Origin: Squalus acanthias
Lineage: Eukaryota
Length of the DNA stretch: 64,000 nucleotides
Reading direction: 5' to 3'
Assembly (NCBI GenBank): GCA_030390025.1
Contig: CM059433.1
Location: 18,540,001-18,604,000, forward strand
Each line of letters starts with the position of its first letter. Within the stretch, counting starts at the first letter, position 1. Shown piece by piece: positions 34,060-47,225 of this stretch. Below the pieces are notes generated by a model. The model ran no database searches. It was not told where the DNA came from and saw nothing but the letters and a program-made list of their open reading frames with translations. The translations under genes were made by a program, and so were the position numbers.

Positions 34060-34528
34060 AACAAAATTCTGCTGCCTGTATCCTAACACGCACCAAGTCC
34101 CGTTCATCAATTATCCCTGTGCTCGCTGACCTACATTGGCTCCCAGTCCGGCAATGCCTCGATTTTAAAATTCTCATCCTCACGTTCAAATCTCTCCATG
34201 GCTGCGCCTCTCCCTCTCTCTCTAACCTCTTCCAGCCCTACAACCCTCTGAGATCTCTGCGCTTCTCCATATCTGGCCTCTTGTGCATCTCCCAGCTCCA
34301 TCGCCGCACCATTGGGGGCCGCGCCTTCAGCTGTCTAGACCCCAAGCTCTGGAATTCCCTCTCTAAACCTCTCCGCCTCTCTAACTCTCTCTCCTTTAAG
34401 ACGCTCCTTAAAACTTGCCTCTTTGACGAAGCGTTTAGCCACCTCTCCTTTGGTGTTCATTTTTGTCTGGTTTCACTCCTGGGACGTGTAACTACGTAAA
34501 AGGCGCTGTATAAATGCATGTTGCTGTT
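34060..34528 (+). mobile_element. L2-clade LINE 3' fragment
   Basis: LADLHWLPVRQ...GGRAFS...LWNSL followed by an L2 tail. Confidence 0.88.
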
Positions 34529-34844
34529 ATGTGGTGCTTCAGAGAAATTATTGACAGCCACTCATAAGTCCATGTAATTGCAGACTGTACTCACCTTCCT
34601 GACACCAACAACATTAGTAAATTGAGGAAATTGATTATAATGTTTAAAAATATCATCATCCAATTCCTTCAGGTTTCTTGAATTGACTTATTCCAATAAA
34701 ACAACCCATCTGCCATCTACATCTCTAACACACAGTGATCACACTGGTGCACACAGACCCTGCAATCTCCCTCACAGACAGTGTTAATAATAATGCTAAT
34801 AAGTAATAATGTTTAATAAAGCATTGAGCTAAGACATACAAGGC

Positions 34845-35040
34845 TACAAATTCCAATTGGTGAAGTTCATGTATGAATGCTTAATGTGCTTGTGCTACAT
34901 TCCTGTGCGTGCTATTTTTATGCAGGCATTAGGCATCATTTAAGATAATCAGGTTAACACCTGCCTAAAATAGCACAAACAGGAATGGAGTATGAGGGCA
35001 CTAAGCATTCATATGTGAACCTTACCAATCAGAATTTTGC
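34845..35040. repeat. Imperfect ~195-bp palindrome (old MITE-like hairpin)
   Basis: attggtgaagttcatgtatgaatgcttaatgtgc...cattcctg...gtgctatttta pairs with taaaatagcac...caggaatg...gcactaagcattcatatgtgaaccttaccaat. Confidence 0.7.
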
Positions 35041-35574
35041 TCCTACGATCTATTTATACAAAATAAAATACTGAGGAGAAAGGAGCACGGTGATGGCTTC
35101 ATGACTCCTCCTCTGATAACTGGTAAACAGCAGTTTATCTCCATTCACAGGCTCTGTCTTGTGATTAATTTACATCATACTTCAACCATTATGAGATGGC
35201 AATAGATTGTAGATGTCTTATTAATTTTAGTTTGTCAAGGAAAGTATTACAGGGCACATAGACCCCTGATGCAATGTATGGCTTGGGTTTCCTAGTGAAG
35301 AAATGAAATCCTCCATTGATGGTTTTATAACATGATCTGCAGTTGCACCCTTTACTGGAATTGCAGCCTTGTAACTCAGTCACTAAAGTCCATTTATTTA
35401 TTGGCATGTCTGTTGGCTACAGTATGTGATTTGCTTCACTGTACCAATCGTGACTAGTTTGCCATGATGAATTGCAATAACGTTTGAGCATCCTCATGAA
35501 CCAACATCTTGAAGTTAGCTGTGCATCTTAGATCTAATTGTAATGTGAAATACGGATGTTCCACATTGAGTCAG

Positions 35575-36562
35575 ATTGACTCAGTTACTAGGACTGCTGC
35601 ATCGGAGTTAGAAGGTTGTGAGTTCAAGCCCCACTCCAAGCCTTGAACATATAAGCCGGGAAATTCCTGGTACCCTGCTCCTCTGGCGTAAGTGTGGCAG
35701 AACAGAACCCTTGCCTACTGCCAGAGACCCTGTCCCATATTCTGGTCATGGGTCACTTGCCTAGCCGGGATGGGCTGCTGGCCACTGCTAGGGTGCATCA
35801 GCGGTGTATCCCGGCCTAAGCCAATCGGTCCTCCCAAGGCAGAGCAGAGTCCTCCGGAGGTCCAAATGGGCCGAAGAAAATTTAAAAGAAATTCTTCAGC
35901 TCCCATTGGAACCACCCTGACTAAAGAAGGTGATCCCAGAGGGATTGATTACCTTACTCTAGTAAAGGTTTGGGTCCTTGAGAAGGTCTCATAGGGACTT
36001 AAGATGGGTTTCCACTGGCCTGAGGTATACAGAGGTCTTTAAAAAGTGTATAGCGAGGAATTTCCCGGGGAAGGCCGGGAACTTTCCCGATACGCCGCCT
36101 TGACGTGGGAGGAGAGCTCAGATGGAAGATCCGCCCATGGCTCCCCAACCGTCATTTCAAGGTCCGGGTCAAATGTAGTAGAATCCTAGCAGAGTCAGGA
36201 TTGGCCCATTTTTGCCCCGCCCCTGCACCCCAAGCGTAACTGATCCTTATGCCTTCTCCAGCTCCAGGGATTTCGGGGCCACAATCTAGACTGATGCTTC
36301 AGTGCAGTACCGAGGCAGTGCCACATTGTCAGAAGTGTTGTTTTTCAGATGAGACGTTAAACTGAGACCTCATTTCAAGTGGATATAAAAGATCTCATGG
36401 CATTTTTTTTGAAGAAGATCGGGGCATACTCCTGCTGTCCAGACTATCATTCCTCCCTCAACCAACAGCACAGATGAATTCATTGCTGTTTGTTGGATCT
36501 TGCTGTGTTCAGATTGACTGCTGCGTTCAAATTGGCTGCTGTGCTTACCTAACAACAGTGAC
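35575..36562 (+). mobile_element. Deu-domain SINE split by a GC-rich MITE (~35654-36280)
   Basis: The SINE head ends ...ccttgaacatataa and resumes aatctagactgatgcttcagtgcagtac. The insert ends agccgggaaattcctgg / ccagggatttcggggcc are imperfect inverted repeats. Confidence 0.65.
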
Positions 36563-38349
36563 CACACGAGCCCCGATTTTGGTCTTTGGTATGCATTGAG
36601 GAAGTGGGCAGACCGATTGCAAGACCCGCCCGATTGAAGTGGTGACTGGCAGCTTGCCTCATGTAACAAACATAGATTTTGTTTAGTTAAGTGGCAGTTA
36701 GAAGATTTCCAAGTACGGGGTACAAAAATGGGAATAATGACCCAAGGCAGCCCACCTTTTTCTTGTGGAGCCCCTGATCCTGCTGGCCCCACAAAATAAT
36801 TTTTGACTTACCTTTTTGGGGCATCTTCTCCTAGGCTTCACTGAGTGGAGTGTCCTCTGTAGGCCCGAGTTAAAATGGTGGTGGAGCAGGATTGTTGACC
36901 ATCTTGATTTTAACTCCACTACTGCCCTGTTTCAGCTGGGCGGAAGGAGTTAAAATTACCTCTAAAATATCTTATTGTGTCTTTTGGAAACATCCTAAAG
37001 CACTTCACAGACAATGAATTATTTTGCAGCGCATTCACTGGAGGCAAACTAAACACATCAGAAGTTTTTAAAAATAGCTGCTCTCCTTGCAAGTAGTAGG
37101 CCTGCCTTTCATTTGCAGTGTACATAAATTAAACATTAGCAAGTCTACTGTAATACAACACACACTTTATACCACATACAACGGTATAAGACTAGTGCAT
37201 AATTCAGACTGAACTAATAGATATTTTAATCACCATGGATTCAGGAAATACAAAGAAAGGGTGATTAAGAATCTAAATAAATGTTTCTTTGAGGATGTCA
37301 ATCATACCTCTATAAGATAATTAAGTCCGAGATAATTGGGTTGAACTCTCGAGGTATCGTGTCTTGCACACGGCCAGTTAAAACTAGTCATGATAAGCTT
37401 GAAGCGGAGTGTCACTGATACTAGCACATGCTTTTTCCATGTGAGACCAAATATTATAAGAAGGGTGTGTGAAGGTCAACTTGCTGATAATATTTGTAAA
37501 CAATTAGTCTGACAGTATCTGCAGTATGTCAAGAGGCAGCTAAAATGAAGATTTTACCTTTCCAATATCAGGCTGTGCGATAAAAATAATAAACACATAG
37601 ATGTGTTTGTTACTTATGCAATATCTTTTAACAGAGCTTTCAGCCACCTCTGTACTTCCCTAATCGTCTCCGCTTTTCTACCTCTCTCTTCTCCTTTGTG
37701 GTCCTCCTTGGAACCCATCTCTTTGACCAAGCTTTTGGTCACCCCTCCCAATTTCTACCCTCCTGACTCCGTGTCCATTTGCCATTTCCCTTATGCCTGT
37801 TTGTGAAGTGCCTTGGGACATTTTTCATGTTAAATGTGGTCAGTAAATATAAGCTGTTGCCTTTGTATGTAATGCCTCTGTCATACTAATGAAAGCATTG
37901 AGCCACTTAAAATAGCAGGCAAAAGAATTTCATCCAGTCGGAAATCACACAGCACAATTTCAACCCCCGTATGAAAGCCATAATCATTTACAACAAATCC
38001 TTGTGCAAATGGTTCCTTAAATTTACTGATAAGGAGTATCAAAGTTAGTAACCTTAATTAAGTCTAAAAATAAAGACTTGCATTTATATAGCGCCTTTCA
38101 TGACCTTAGGACGTTCCAAAATGCTTTGCAGCCAACAACGTACTTTTTGAAGTATAGTCACTGTTGTAATATAGGAAATCTATAATCTCAATCATTGATA
38201 AATAAATGTTTTGGGTGGGGTCAACAATCTCATTGGGGACATGTATCTCCTTTGCTTATTCCTATTCTGTGACTAAAACAAATGAACGTCAGAGTTAATC
38301 CCCTCTCTCTGAAAACAGTCCATCTGACTTGTTTGTATTTTACTGGTAG

Positions 38350-38442
38350 GTATAAAGATGACGTCTACATTGATCAAACAAGTGAACCAGGCAAATACAG
38401 GATGGAAAGCTACTACGGAGTTTACTCTTTGGAGATTAACAG
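38350..38442 (+). CDS. MYOM2: Myomesin-2 exon 6 (Ig My2)
   Basis: gtag|G...AG|gtgagt, 93 nt. (W)YKDDVYIDQTSEPGKYRMESYYGVYSLEIN(R). Confidence 0.95.
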
Positions 38443-38519
38443 GTGAGTTTACACCAAAATATAAAGGAGGCTCAAGGAGTCATGGTAATCGTGATTAATT
38501 TTTCTTGTTATGTTTGCTG

Positions 38520-39890
38520 TATCATTCTATGATTCTATGCATAGAAGGAGGCCATTCGGCCCATCATGCCTGCGCTGGCTCTACGGTAGAGCTTTGAAAG
38601 TTAATATTGAATCTGCTTCCACTGTCCTTTCAGGCAGCGCATTCCAGATCACAACTCGCTGTGTAAAAAAAAAAAGTTTCCTCATGTTGCCTCTGGTTCT
38701 TTTGCCAATTACCTTAAATCTGTGTCCTCTGGTTACCGACCCTTCTCCCACTGAAAACAGTTTCGCCTTATTGACTCTATCAAGACCGTTCATGGTCTTG
38801 AACACCTCTATCAAATCTCCTCTTAACCTTCGCTGCTCTAAGGAGAACAGCCCCAGCTTCTCCAGTCTCTCCACATAACTGAAGCCCCTCATCCCTGGTA
38901 TCATTCTAGTAAATCTCTTCGGCATCCTCTCCAAGGCCTTGATATCCTTCCTAAAGTGTGTTTCCCAGAATTGAACACAATACTCCAACTGCGGCCGAAC
39001 CAGTATTTTAGAAAGGTTTAGCATAACTTCCTTGCTTTTGTGCTCTATTCCTCTATTTATAAAGCTAAGGATCCCGTATGCTTTTTTAACAGCCTTCTCA
39101 ACTTGCCCTGCCACCTTCAGAGATTTGTGTATATACACCCCCAGGTCTCTCTGTTCCTGCACCCCTGTTAAAATTGTACCATTTAGTTCATATTGCCTCT
39201 CCTCATTCTTCCTACCAAAATGTATCACTTCACATTTCTCTGCGTTAAATTTTATCTGCCATGATCCCATTTCACCAGTCTGTCTATTTCCTACTGAAGT
39301 CTGTTACTATCCTCCTCATTGTTTACTACATTTGCAAGTTTTGTTTCATCTGCAAAGCTTTGAAATGATGCCCGATATCACAGAATCACAGAATCCCCAC
39401 AGTGCAGATAGAGGCCATTTCGGCCCATCGAGCCTGCACCGACACATATCCCACCCTATTTAATCCCCCTAACACTAAGGGTCAATTTATCATAGCCAAA
39501 TCAACCTAACCCACACATCTTTGGACTGTGGGAGGAAACCGGAGCACCCGGAGGAAACCCACGCAGACACGGGGAGAATGTGCAAACTCCACACAGACAG
39601 TCACCCGAGGCCGGATTCGAACCCAGGTCCCTGGTGCTGTGAGGCAACAGTGCTAACCACTATGCCACCATGCTGCCCCAAGTCCATGTCATTAAAATAT
39701 ATCAAAAAGAGCAGTGGTCCTAATACTGACCCCTGAGGAACACCACTGTATATCGTCATCCAGTCTGAAAAACAACCGTTCAGCACTATGCTTTGCTTTC
39801 TGTCCCTTAGCTAATTTTGTATCCACACTGCCACTGCCCCTTTAAATCCCATGGGCTGTAATTTTGCTATCAAGTCTATTATGTGGTATC
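38520..39890 (-). mobile_element. CR1 LINE RT and 3' fragment containing an HE1-like SINE
   Basis: ORF 38581-39270 has KFNAEKCEVIHFG and LVRPQLEYCVQFW. SGVPQGSVLGP lies at ~39720-39750. Confidence 0.9.
39377..39678 (-). mobile_element. HE1-like V-SINE
   Basis: Reverse complement of 6392-6694 with a small internal deletion and a (gattctgt)n tail. Confidence 0.85.
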
Positions 39891-40772
39891 TGTTACCTTC
39901 TTCCCCATTTAAAGGCATTCATTTATTTTTTAAAACAGCTTGTTTACATGGCCTTCATGTTTGAGTCATTCATCATGGAAACCTTCTGTAATTCTCATTG
40001 GAAATCTATGCCAAAAACCTATGATTCCAATGGCTTAGTGGGAAAAGTCACCACATGAAGTGTTGCGGAGACATCCAGATCAGGGAGGTCCTATGCTTGA
40101 TCATTGTTTTTGTTGAGTTTGCAGAAGCATTGTGCAATTAGCCTCAGTACCCCTAGGTTAGGAAGGGAAGAAGTTAATCTGATCAGCTCACTCCTGATTG
40201 CCAGTGACTGACTTCACATTGTAGAGGACAGGTTCGGGTTCAGTCTGGATACCCTCCCACACTCCCATGGTTAAATAGTCTGCTGACACTCGGGGCTGGA
40301 CTTTCCTCCGGGAACCTGCCTGTTTTTGGGTGGTCTCGGAAGGTTGTTCAGAGGAAAGTGGGCGGGGAGTCCTCCTACCAAATCCTCACTCTTTCAAGTG
40401 GCCACCAACATTTTCCTTTCCCTCCCTCCCTTCCTCATTGCCCACCCCGCTGCATGCAAATGACAGTGAGTGAGTGGGGCTTGGTACTCTGGCTGATTTC
40501 CCCTCTATTCCTGCCTCTACACCGCCAATGGAGGAGAAGGCCAGAAGGAAGGAAGCGGTGGGGGAACTGTGGCAATGGGAGGCAGGAGGACTAGCTGCAA
40601 GATGGGAGATGGCTACTTCTTCCGCTTCCAACATAGCCAAATACTGTTTGTTGGCTCTGGGCTCATTCAGCTCCCTTTAAAATGGGCTGCTCTTTAAGAT
40701 TCTGGAGTGAGCGCTCCACTGCAGCACCACCACATGGCTATCCCTGACGGTGATGGAGTCCCTCCTGAAGAG

Positions 40773-41686
40773 TTTTTTTTTATTCATTCATGGGATGTGG
40801 GCGTCGCTGGCAAGGCTAGCATTTATTGCCCATCCCTAGTTGCCCTTGAGAAGGTGATGGTGAGCTGCCGCCTTGAACCGCTGCAGTCCGTGTGGCGAAG
40901 GTACTCCCACAGTGCTGTTAGGGAGGGAGTTCCAGGATTTTGATCCAGTGATGATGAAGGAATGGCGATATACTTCCAAGTCAGGATGCTGTGTGACTTG
41001 GAGGGGAACTTGGATGTGGTGGTGTTCCCATGCGCCTGCTGCCCTTGTCCTTCTAGGTGGTAGAGGTCCCGGGTTTGGGAGGTGCTGCCGAAGAAGCCTT
41101 GGCGAGTTGCTGCAGTGCATCTTGTAGATGGTACACACTGCAGCCATGGTATGTTGGTGGTGGAGGGAGTGAATGTTTAAGGTGGTGGATGGGGTGCTAA
41201 TCAAGCGGGCTGCTTTGTCCTGGATGGTGTTGAGCTTCTTGAGTGTTGGTGGAGCTGCACTCATCCAGGCAAGTGGAGAGTATTCCATCACAATCCTGAC
41301 TTGTGCCTTCCAGATGGTGGATAGGCTTTGGGGAGTCAGGAGGTGAGACACTCGCCTTAGAATACCCAGCCTCTGACCTGCTCTTGTTGCCACAGTATTT
41401 ATGTGGCTGGTCCAGTTAAGTTTCTGGTCAATGGTGACCCCCAGGATGTTGATGGTGGGGGAATTCAGCGATGCTAATGCCGTTGAATGTCAAGGGGCGG
41501 TGGTTAGACTCTCACTTGTTGGAGATAGTCATTGCCTGACACTTGTGTGGCGTGAATGTTACCTGTCACTTATCAGCCTAAGCCTGAATGTCATCCAGGT
41601 CTTGTTGCATGCGGGCATAGACTGAGGAGTTGCGAATGGCACTGAACACTGTGCAGTCCTCAGCGAACAGCCCCCATTTCTGACCG
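40773..41686 (-). mobile_element. CR1-group non-LTR retrotransposon 3' fragment (same family as 28886-30945)
   Basis: ORF 40836-41393 is nearly identical in translation to the 27.9-29.5 kb copies. Confidence 0.88.
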
Positions 41687-43059
41687 TTGGGAGCTTACCC
41701 TGCTTACGCAATTGATTCCAACCCAGGAATACGGGTTGGGGTTACAGCAGAGTTGGACCAGCGGGATGAAGTCTTGCCCTGTTGTGTTTCATGCTGCGAT
41801 CCTACCTTTTAAATAAGATGTTCCCCCCCACCCTCACTGCCAAGAGTCATGAATGGCCTCTCGGAGGAGATGCTGGAGCTCAAAGAATTGTAACCCAGCA
41901 TGACTCGTTCCCTCAGAAGAGAGTGGGAGAAAAGCTGGCGTGGGGGTGCCAAATAGAATAACACAGAAAGCCTCTTGTAGTGACCTGTTTTGTATAGAGT
42001 CCTGATTAATCAATGCATTGCACTTCAGCTGGGAACCTCCTGTAGCTAAAATTGATGACAACACATGTTTTGCATGTGTGTGAATTACTGTTTAATTGGA
42101 GTATACTTTAGTGTTCATGTGTCCACCAGACACATGCTAATCTACTTGATCTCATCTTGGATATACATATTCATTCTTTGCTGCTCCTAATTCAACTTTT
42201 CTCTTTCTTTCTGACTCTCTTTACTAACTGAAAAGAGGTTGTGCTCTTTTCTTTTTGTACAATAAAAGTCAAATGCAGGCAATGTCCCTTCATATTCTAA
42301 TAGTGTATCGATTTTGATGTCTGCCTGATTTGTTATGACCTCTGGCTGTTAAATTCAATTATCCAGCCAGAAAAGCAAAGGAAAGGAACACCGATAATGA
42401 CCATCAGTGTGAATTGCTGAAGCTGTATTTCTATCAATTCAAAGACGTCAAAGGCGCGATCAGTTCAGGATGACGGGAGGGAAATTGCCGTCATTTTTTT
42501 GAAGTGGGTTTTTTTGATTGACAGCTGTGTTTCTGAGGTTTCGCCACACTGTTCTCTTCCACCTGATATAGATGAATGATGTAATCTGCTTTCCTCGTTT
42601 GCACCACAGTCCTGGTCCATCACAGCTGCCCTCACCAGAATGCTGAGCTGTCTGCGATTGGATCCCTGCTCCCTCATAGCAGATTAGATTCTCTTGGCTA
42701 TCACCTTGTTACTAAGGCCATGTTAAGTCGGTGATTTGAAACCTTTCTAATTCTGTTATATCTACGCCTGTTTTATTGCTTTCAAAAATATCTGATACGT
42801 TAAGATCTCATACTTGCTTATGTACAAATAAGTTTTGTGGTTCTCTGACCTGCCATATGCAGCATTAAAAGAAAAAAAAAATGAACATTTAATTTTTGCA
42901 TTACTAATAATGGGCCAGAATTTGCTGGGGAAATGTCACAGGCTAAAATCATATATAGAGAAGATTGAGAACTAGGCAACACTAAGCACAAAGCAGTATT
43001 GTTATACATATACAGCATAAAAAATTCAATTAGCAAACTGTTTGGTTCAGCTTCTATAA

Positions 43060-43512
43060 AAAGAAAGAATTGCCTTCCACGACGACCAGACGTCCCAAAG
43101 CGCTTTACAGCCAATTAAGCACCATTTGAAGTGGAGTCACTGTTGTAATGTAGGAAATGCAGCAGCCAATTTGTGCACATCAAGCTCCCACAAAAAGCAA
43201 TGTGATAATGACCAAATAATCAGTTTTTAGTGATGTTGATTGAGAGATAAATATTGGCCAGGACACCATGGATAAGTCCCCTACTCTTCTTTGAACTAAT
43301 GCCATGGGATCTTTTACATCCACCTGAGCGAGCAGACGGGCCCTCAGTTTAATGTCTCATCCGAAAGACAGCACCTTCGACAGTGCAGCACTCCCTCAGC
43401 ACTGCACTGGAGTGTCAGCCTAGATTTTTGTGCTCAAGTCTCTGGAGTGGGACTTGAACCCACAACCTTCTGACTGAGAGGCGAGGGTGCTACCAACTGA
43501 GCCACTGGCTGA
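43060..43512 (-). mobile_element. Deu-domain SINE (SacSINE1-like), near full length
   Basis: Reverse complement of the 7860-8291 family, including the tRNA-like head. Confidence 0.82.
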
Positions 43513-44359
43513 CAAATAGTAGAAAGAGTCTTCCTTAGTTTGTGATACAAACAATAAAACCCTTTTCTGTAGAAATATGTATTGGTCCCTTGAGGTCTGC
43601 CCTTGTAGTTATACTTGATGGATAATTTAGCAGGGTTTTGTGGCTGGTGTGAAGCCTCGCTTGATGTGAGTGTGAATCAGAGATAGGTCTCTAACACTAT
43701 AGGACTGATTCTCTGAAAATCTCCCCTGTAATGCCAGCTTTTGTTATGGAGCTTGTCCTTCTGACACACTGAGACTGAGAAAGGAATTGCACAGTCTTGC
43801 TTTAAGGACACTTTCCCATTTTGAAGTTAGGATAAAACTATTTTGACACATGGCAGAAATGCAGCTTCTTTTAATGTTTCTCTACAGACAATCAACTGCT
43901 GTAGACACCTGAAGTGGACTAGTTTAAAACTTTAGTGAAGCTAAAGAGCTGCCAGAGTAAAATGCAAGGCAGTAATCAATGTTCTAAAGGTGGTAGGTAA
44001 CATTCAGTACTTTACTAATCACTGAAAATATTGTTATTTTATCAACCCGGGCTCATATTTACCAGAAAACTATTGTTTATTCCTTAATATTATTACTGTC
44101 CTGAGCTAAGGAAGGGAGAGGTTAGCCAGGGGTTCCTGTTTCTGATCTGTGTCCTAGTAACTGGCTGGAAAGTTCTATAGATGTTGTGTGAGGTCAGGAT
44201 CATAATTGAACAGTCCAAAGACGCCCATTAAGAATGACCATTTGGGTTAGGCGCCAGAAGGTGGTTTGTGGCCCTAAACTGCAACCCATCATGTATCAGC
44301 AAGGAGAAGATCGAAGGGGTCAGGACAGGGTGGTGCGGTGTATGGAGATGGGAGGGGTG

Positions 44360-44852
44360 TCGGGGCTTTGGAGGGGGTGTGGAGGGGATTTACGAGAATG
44401 GTGCCAGGGATGAGGGCCATCCGTAACATGGAGAGACTGGAGTTGTTCTCCTCGGAGCAGGGAAGGTTGGGAGGAGGTTTGGTAGAGGTGTTCGGAATCA
44501 TGAAGTGTTAAGATAGAGTAAATAAAGAGAAACTGTTTCCAGTGGCAAAAGGTTCTGTAGCCAGAGGACACAGATTTGAGGTGATTGGCAAAAGAGTCAG
44601 AGGCGACATGAGGAAACTTTTTTACGCAGCGAGTTGTTAAGCTCTGGAATGCACTGCCTGAAAGGGCGGTGGAAGCAGATTCAATAGTAACATGCAAAGA
44701 GAGTTGGATAAATACTTAAAGGGAAAACATTTACAGGGCTATGGGGAAAGAGCAGGGGGAGTGGGACTAATTGGATTGCTCTACCAAAGAGCCGGCACAG
44801 GCACGATGGGTCAAATAGCCTCCTTCTGTGCTGTATCATCCTATGATTCTAT
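44360..44852 (+). mobile_element. CR1 3' fragment
   Basis: Homologous to the 38.5-39 kb CR1 (ccagaggacacagattt...tggaatgcactgcctgaaagggcggtggaagcagattcaat) and has a ctatgattct tail. Confidence 0.8.
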
Positions 44853-44884
44853 AACAAAAAAACAACCTGCCAATGATTCTTTAC

Positions 44885-45605
44885 TGCTCCAAAGTTTGCT
44901 GGGAAAATAACGGCGAGCTTAACGCGCACCCGTTATTGGTGCGTCCTAAATCCAACACTTTGCGGCGAGGAAGAGATGCGCCGTGAGTTGCGAATCGCCA
45001 CAAATCTCTGGCCGATTTGAGCCGCTCCGCTGTTAGCCTCACAAACGGGCGCTCGCCATCAACCTCCCCGTGAACGTCAAGAAATTGCTGAATTTGCACT
45101 GTGAATACGAATTAAACTCGCCACAGAGAGTTAGGGCTACTATTTCATGGTGTGAGGACCCTGCTAGTGGGTGATTTATGGTCCTGACTTGCAACTCAAC
45201 CTCGGAGGCCCAGAAAGGGAACAATGAAACTGTGGAGTCTCACTCCGACAGCTAGTAAATTGTTCTAATTATTTTCTTTTCCCTTCTGTTTTTTTCTCTC
45301 TCTCTTATCCATTCTTTCTCCCCCTCCTCTCTCTTTTTCTTTCTCTTTCTGTATCTAATTTGACTAATTCACCCTATTTCCTTCACTCAGTTTCATTTTG
45401 TATCCTTAAATCTCATTGGTTAGGGAGATAGAGGATTGGTTCCATTGTTGATCAAGGTCCCAGGTGCCCCGTTGCCCGTGCCGTTATCAGCTTGCATTTC
45501 CAGCAATTTGCGACGCAAAAATAATTGGTGCTGAAGGGTGAGGAAAAAAAATCCAACTCCCCGGTGCATGCCACGAGATGCCCTGATCCAGCAAATTCTG
45601 GGCCA
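44885..45605. mobile_element. MITE-like element (CpG-rich arms, pyrimidine-rich centre)
   Basis: Imperfect TIR tgctccaaagtttgctgg / ccagcaaattctgggcca. A better-matching solo left TIR (tgggccagaatttgctgg) sits at 42911. Confidence 0.55.
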
Positions 45606-47008
45606 TAATGTAAATGACTGAACATAGCTTTAGTTGGCAAAGGTAAGCTCCGTCTGCTGTTCCACCACCTGGTGGTGAGCACTGGAATCAACTCGGACAC
45701 TTGACTGGCCAAGAAAGTAATTAATCATGAAACAACACATGTTGAATGACATGAACGTTTCTGACTACTGCACAGTAATGTGATCCTAATCAGATTGCTA
45801 TGCAGTAAGCCTAATCACTAGGGTATTACCAATTCGCCCTCCTTGGATTCTTAAGCCTGGAGCTGCACTGATAATGCGAATGCATTTGTATGAGGGCAGC
45901 ACAAATGTCATTTTTTGATCTCCATAAACTGTTTATAGATTTAAAGGTACCAACATTGCTCAGCTCTTCTGGACGGATGCCCACTGTAAGTTTGGTGGAA
46001 TGGCCACAAACTCGGCAGGGTCCTGGCTTTAAGGCCTGTTTCTAGGATGGCCTTGCCTCCACCCACCCACCGCGACAAGGTCATTGACGTAAGGGCTGAG
46101 GGGGCACAGCCAGGAGGGGACTTAATAGGTCAGGAGTTTCCCATTGCCTTGGCCCTTAGACAGAACTCGGTATAGCATCGGCATAGATAGGCCTGGTATC
46201 CCCCACTCCCCACGCCCAGCCAGATTCTACCAATGTTTACAGGATCTTTGACAGGCAGGTGTTGCAGATGTGCCCGCAAACCACCAAAGGCCCACTACTG
46301 GAGGCCCCTCCCCTGAACAGGGGAGCTTTGGTGCGGGCAGCAACACACTTCCATAGTGGAACTGCCAGAATCACACCCTCCACGGATTATCTGAACCAGT
46401 ATCCATGTCAGTCTAAGCTGAGGCTGCCTTCTAAATATATATCGCTTTCTTAAAGCTTATTGGTGGTATATTTAGGTCTGTCACACAGTTATGGAGCACC
46501 GATTACTGTATAAGTGTCTTGTGCTTCATTGTATGATGGCATGAAAGTCTTTCTGTTGTGTTACAGCCCAAAATACAATTTCACTCATTTTTATTATTCC
46601 ATTTTTTCACCCTCGGATCAGTCTTTAGTTTTTAATGGAGACTGGATTGTATGGCGGGATTCCAGGCTGAAATCCTCTTCTCCAAATGCCACTTTAAAGG
46701 ATTATCGCAGTTCACGATTTTCATCCTTTTGTTCAGTTATTCTGATATTGGTTTTAAAGGGACGGTGGCTTGATGAAGACAAATATTGCTCAGCGAAGAT
46801 TTTTTAATCTGTGGAGGCAGAGAGCTGGAAAAGCCATGTATCATTTTTAATTTTGTCGAAGCCACACTCGGCTGAAGTCATTTAAATAATCTGATGTGTT
46901 GGTAAACAAATGATGAGTTATTTACTCAGCACATGTTCATGCAGACGGTGTCCCTTTAACACTTAATATTTATTAAAAAAGACAATTTCACTGCCTTTTT
47001 TGAAGGAA

Positions 47009-47225
47009 CCATGATGTGGAGATGCCGGTGTTGGACTGGGGTGGACAAATGTGAGAAGTCGCACAACACCAGGTTATAGTCCAACAGCTTTATTTGAAAT
47101 CACAAGCTTTCGGAGCGCTGCTCCTTCGTCAGGTGAAGTCACCTGACGAAGGAGCAGCGCTCCGAAAGCTTGTGATTTCAAATAAAGCTGTTGGACTATA
47201 ACCTGGTGTTGTGCGACTTCTCACA
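47009..47225. mobile_element. Very young Penelope-like terminal-repeat insertion forming a perfect palindrome
   Basis: 90-bp perfect arms 47047-47136 and 47139-47228, with a 13-bp direct repeat TTTTTTGAAGGAA at 46996-47008 and 47226-47238. Confidence 0.85.
47139..47175 (+). ncRNA. Minimal type I hammerhead ribozyme motif (mirror copy on - strand at 47100-47136)
   Basis: UCAC CUGACGA A GGAGC AGC GCUCC GAAA GC UU GUGA: stem I UCAC/GUGA, stem II GGAGC/GCUCC and a palindromic AGCU stem III. Confidence 0.75.

Noticed and set aside
33437..34129. 230-aa, 194-aa and 193-aa repeat ORFs, and a superficially CRISPR-like array
   Set aside because: These come from a 33-bp tandem repeat with no unique spacers. 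There are no cas genes, the context is a eukaryotic intron, and exons 5 and 6 join in frame without it.
37068..37077. Isolated MEF2 consensus TTAAAAATAG in intron 5
   Set aside because: A single AT-rich 10-mer is expected by chance in 64 kb, and there is no supporting motif cluster.
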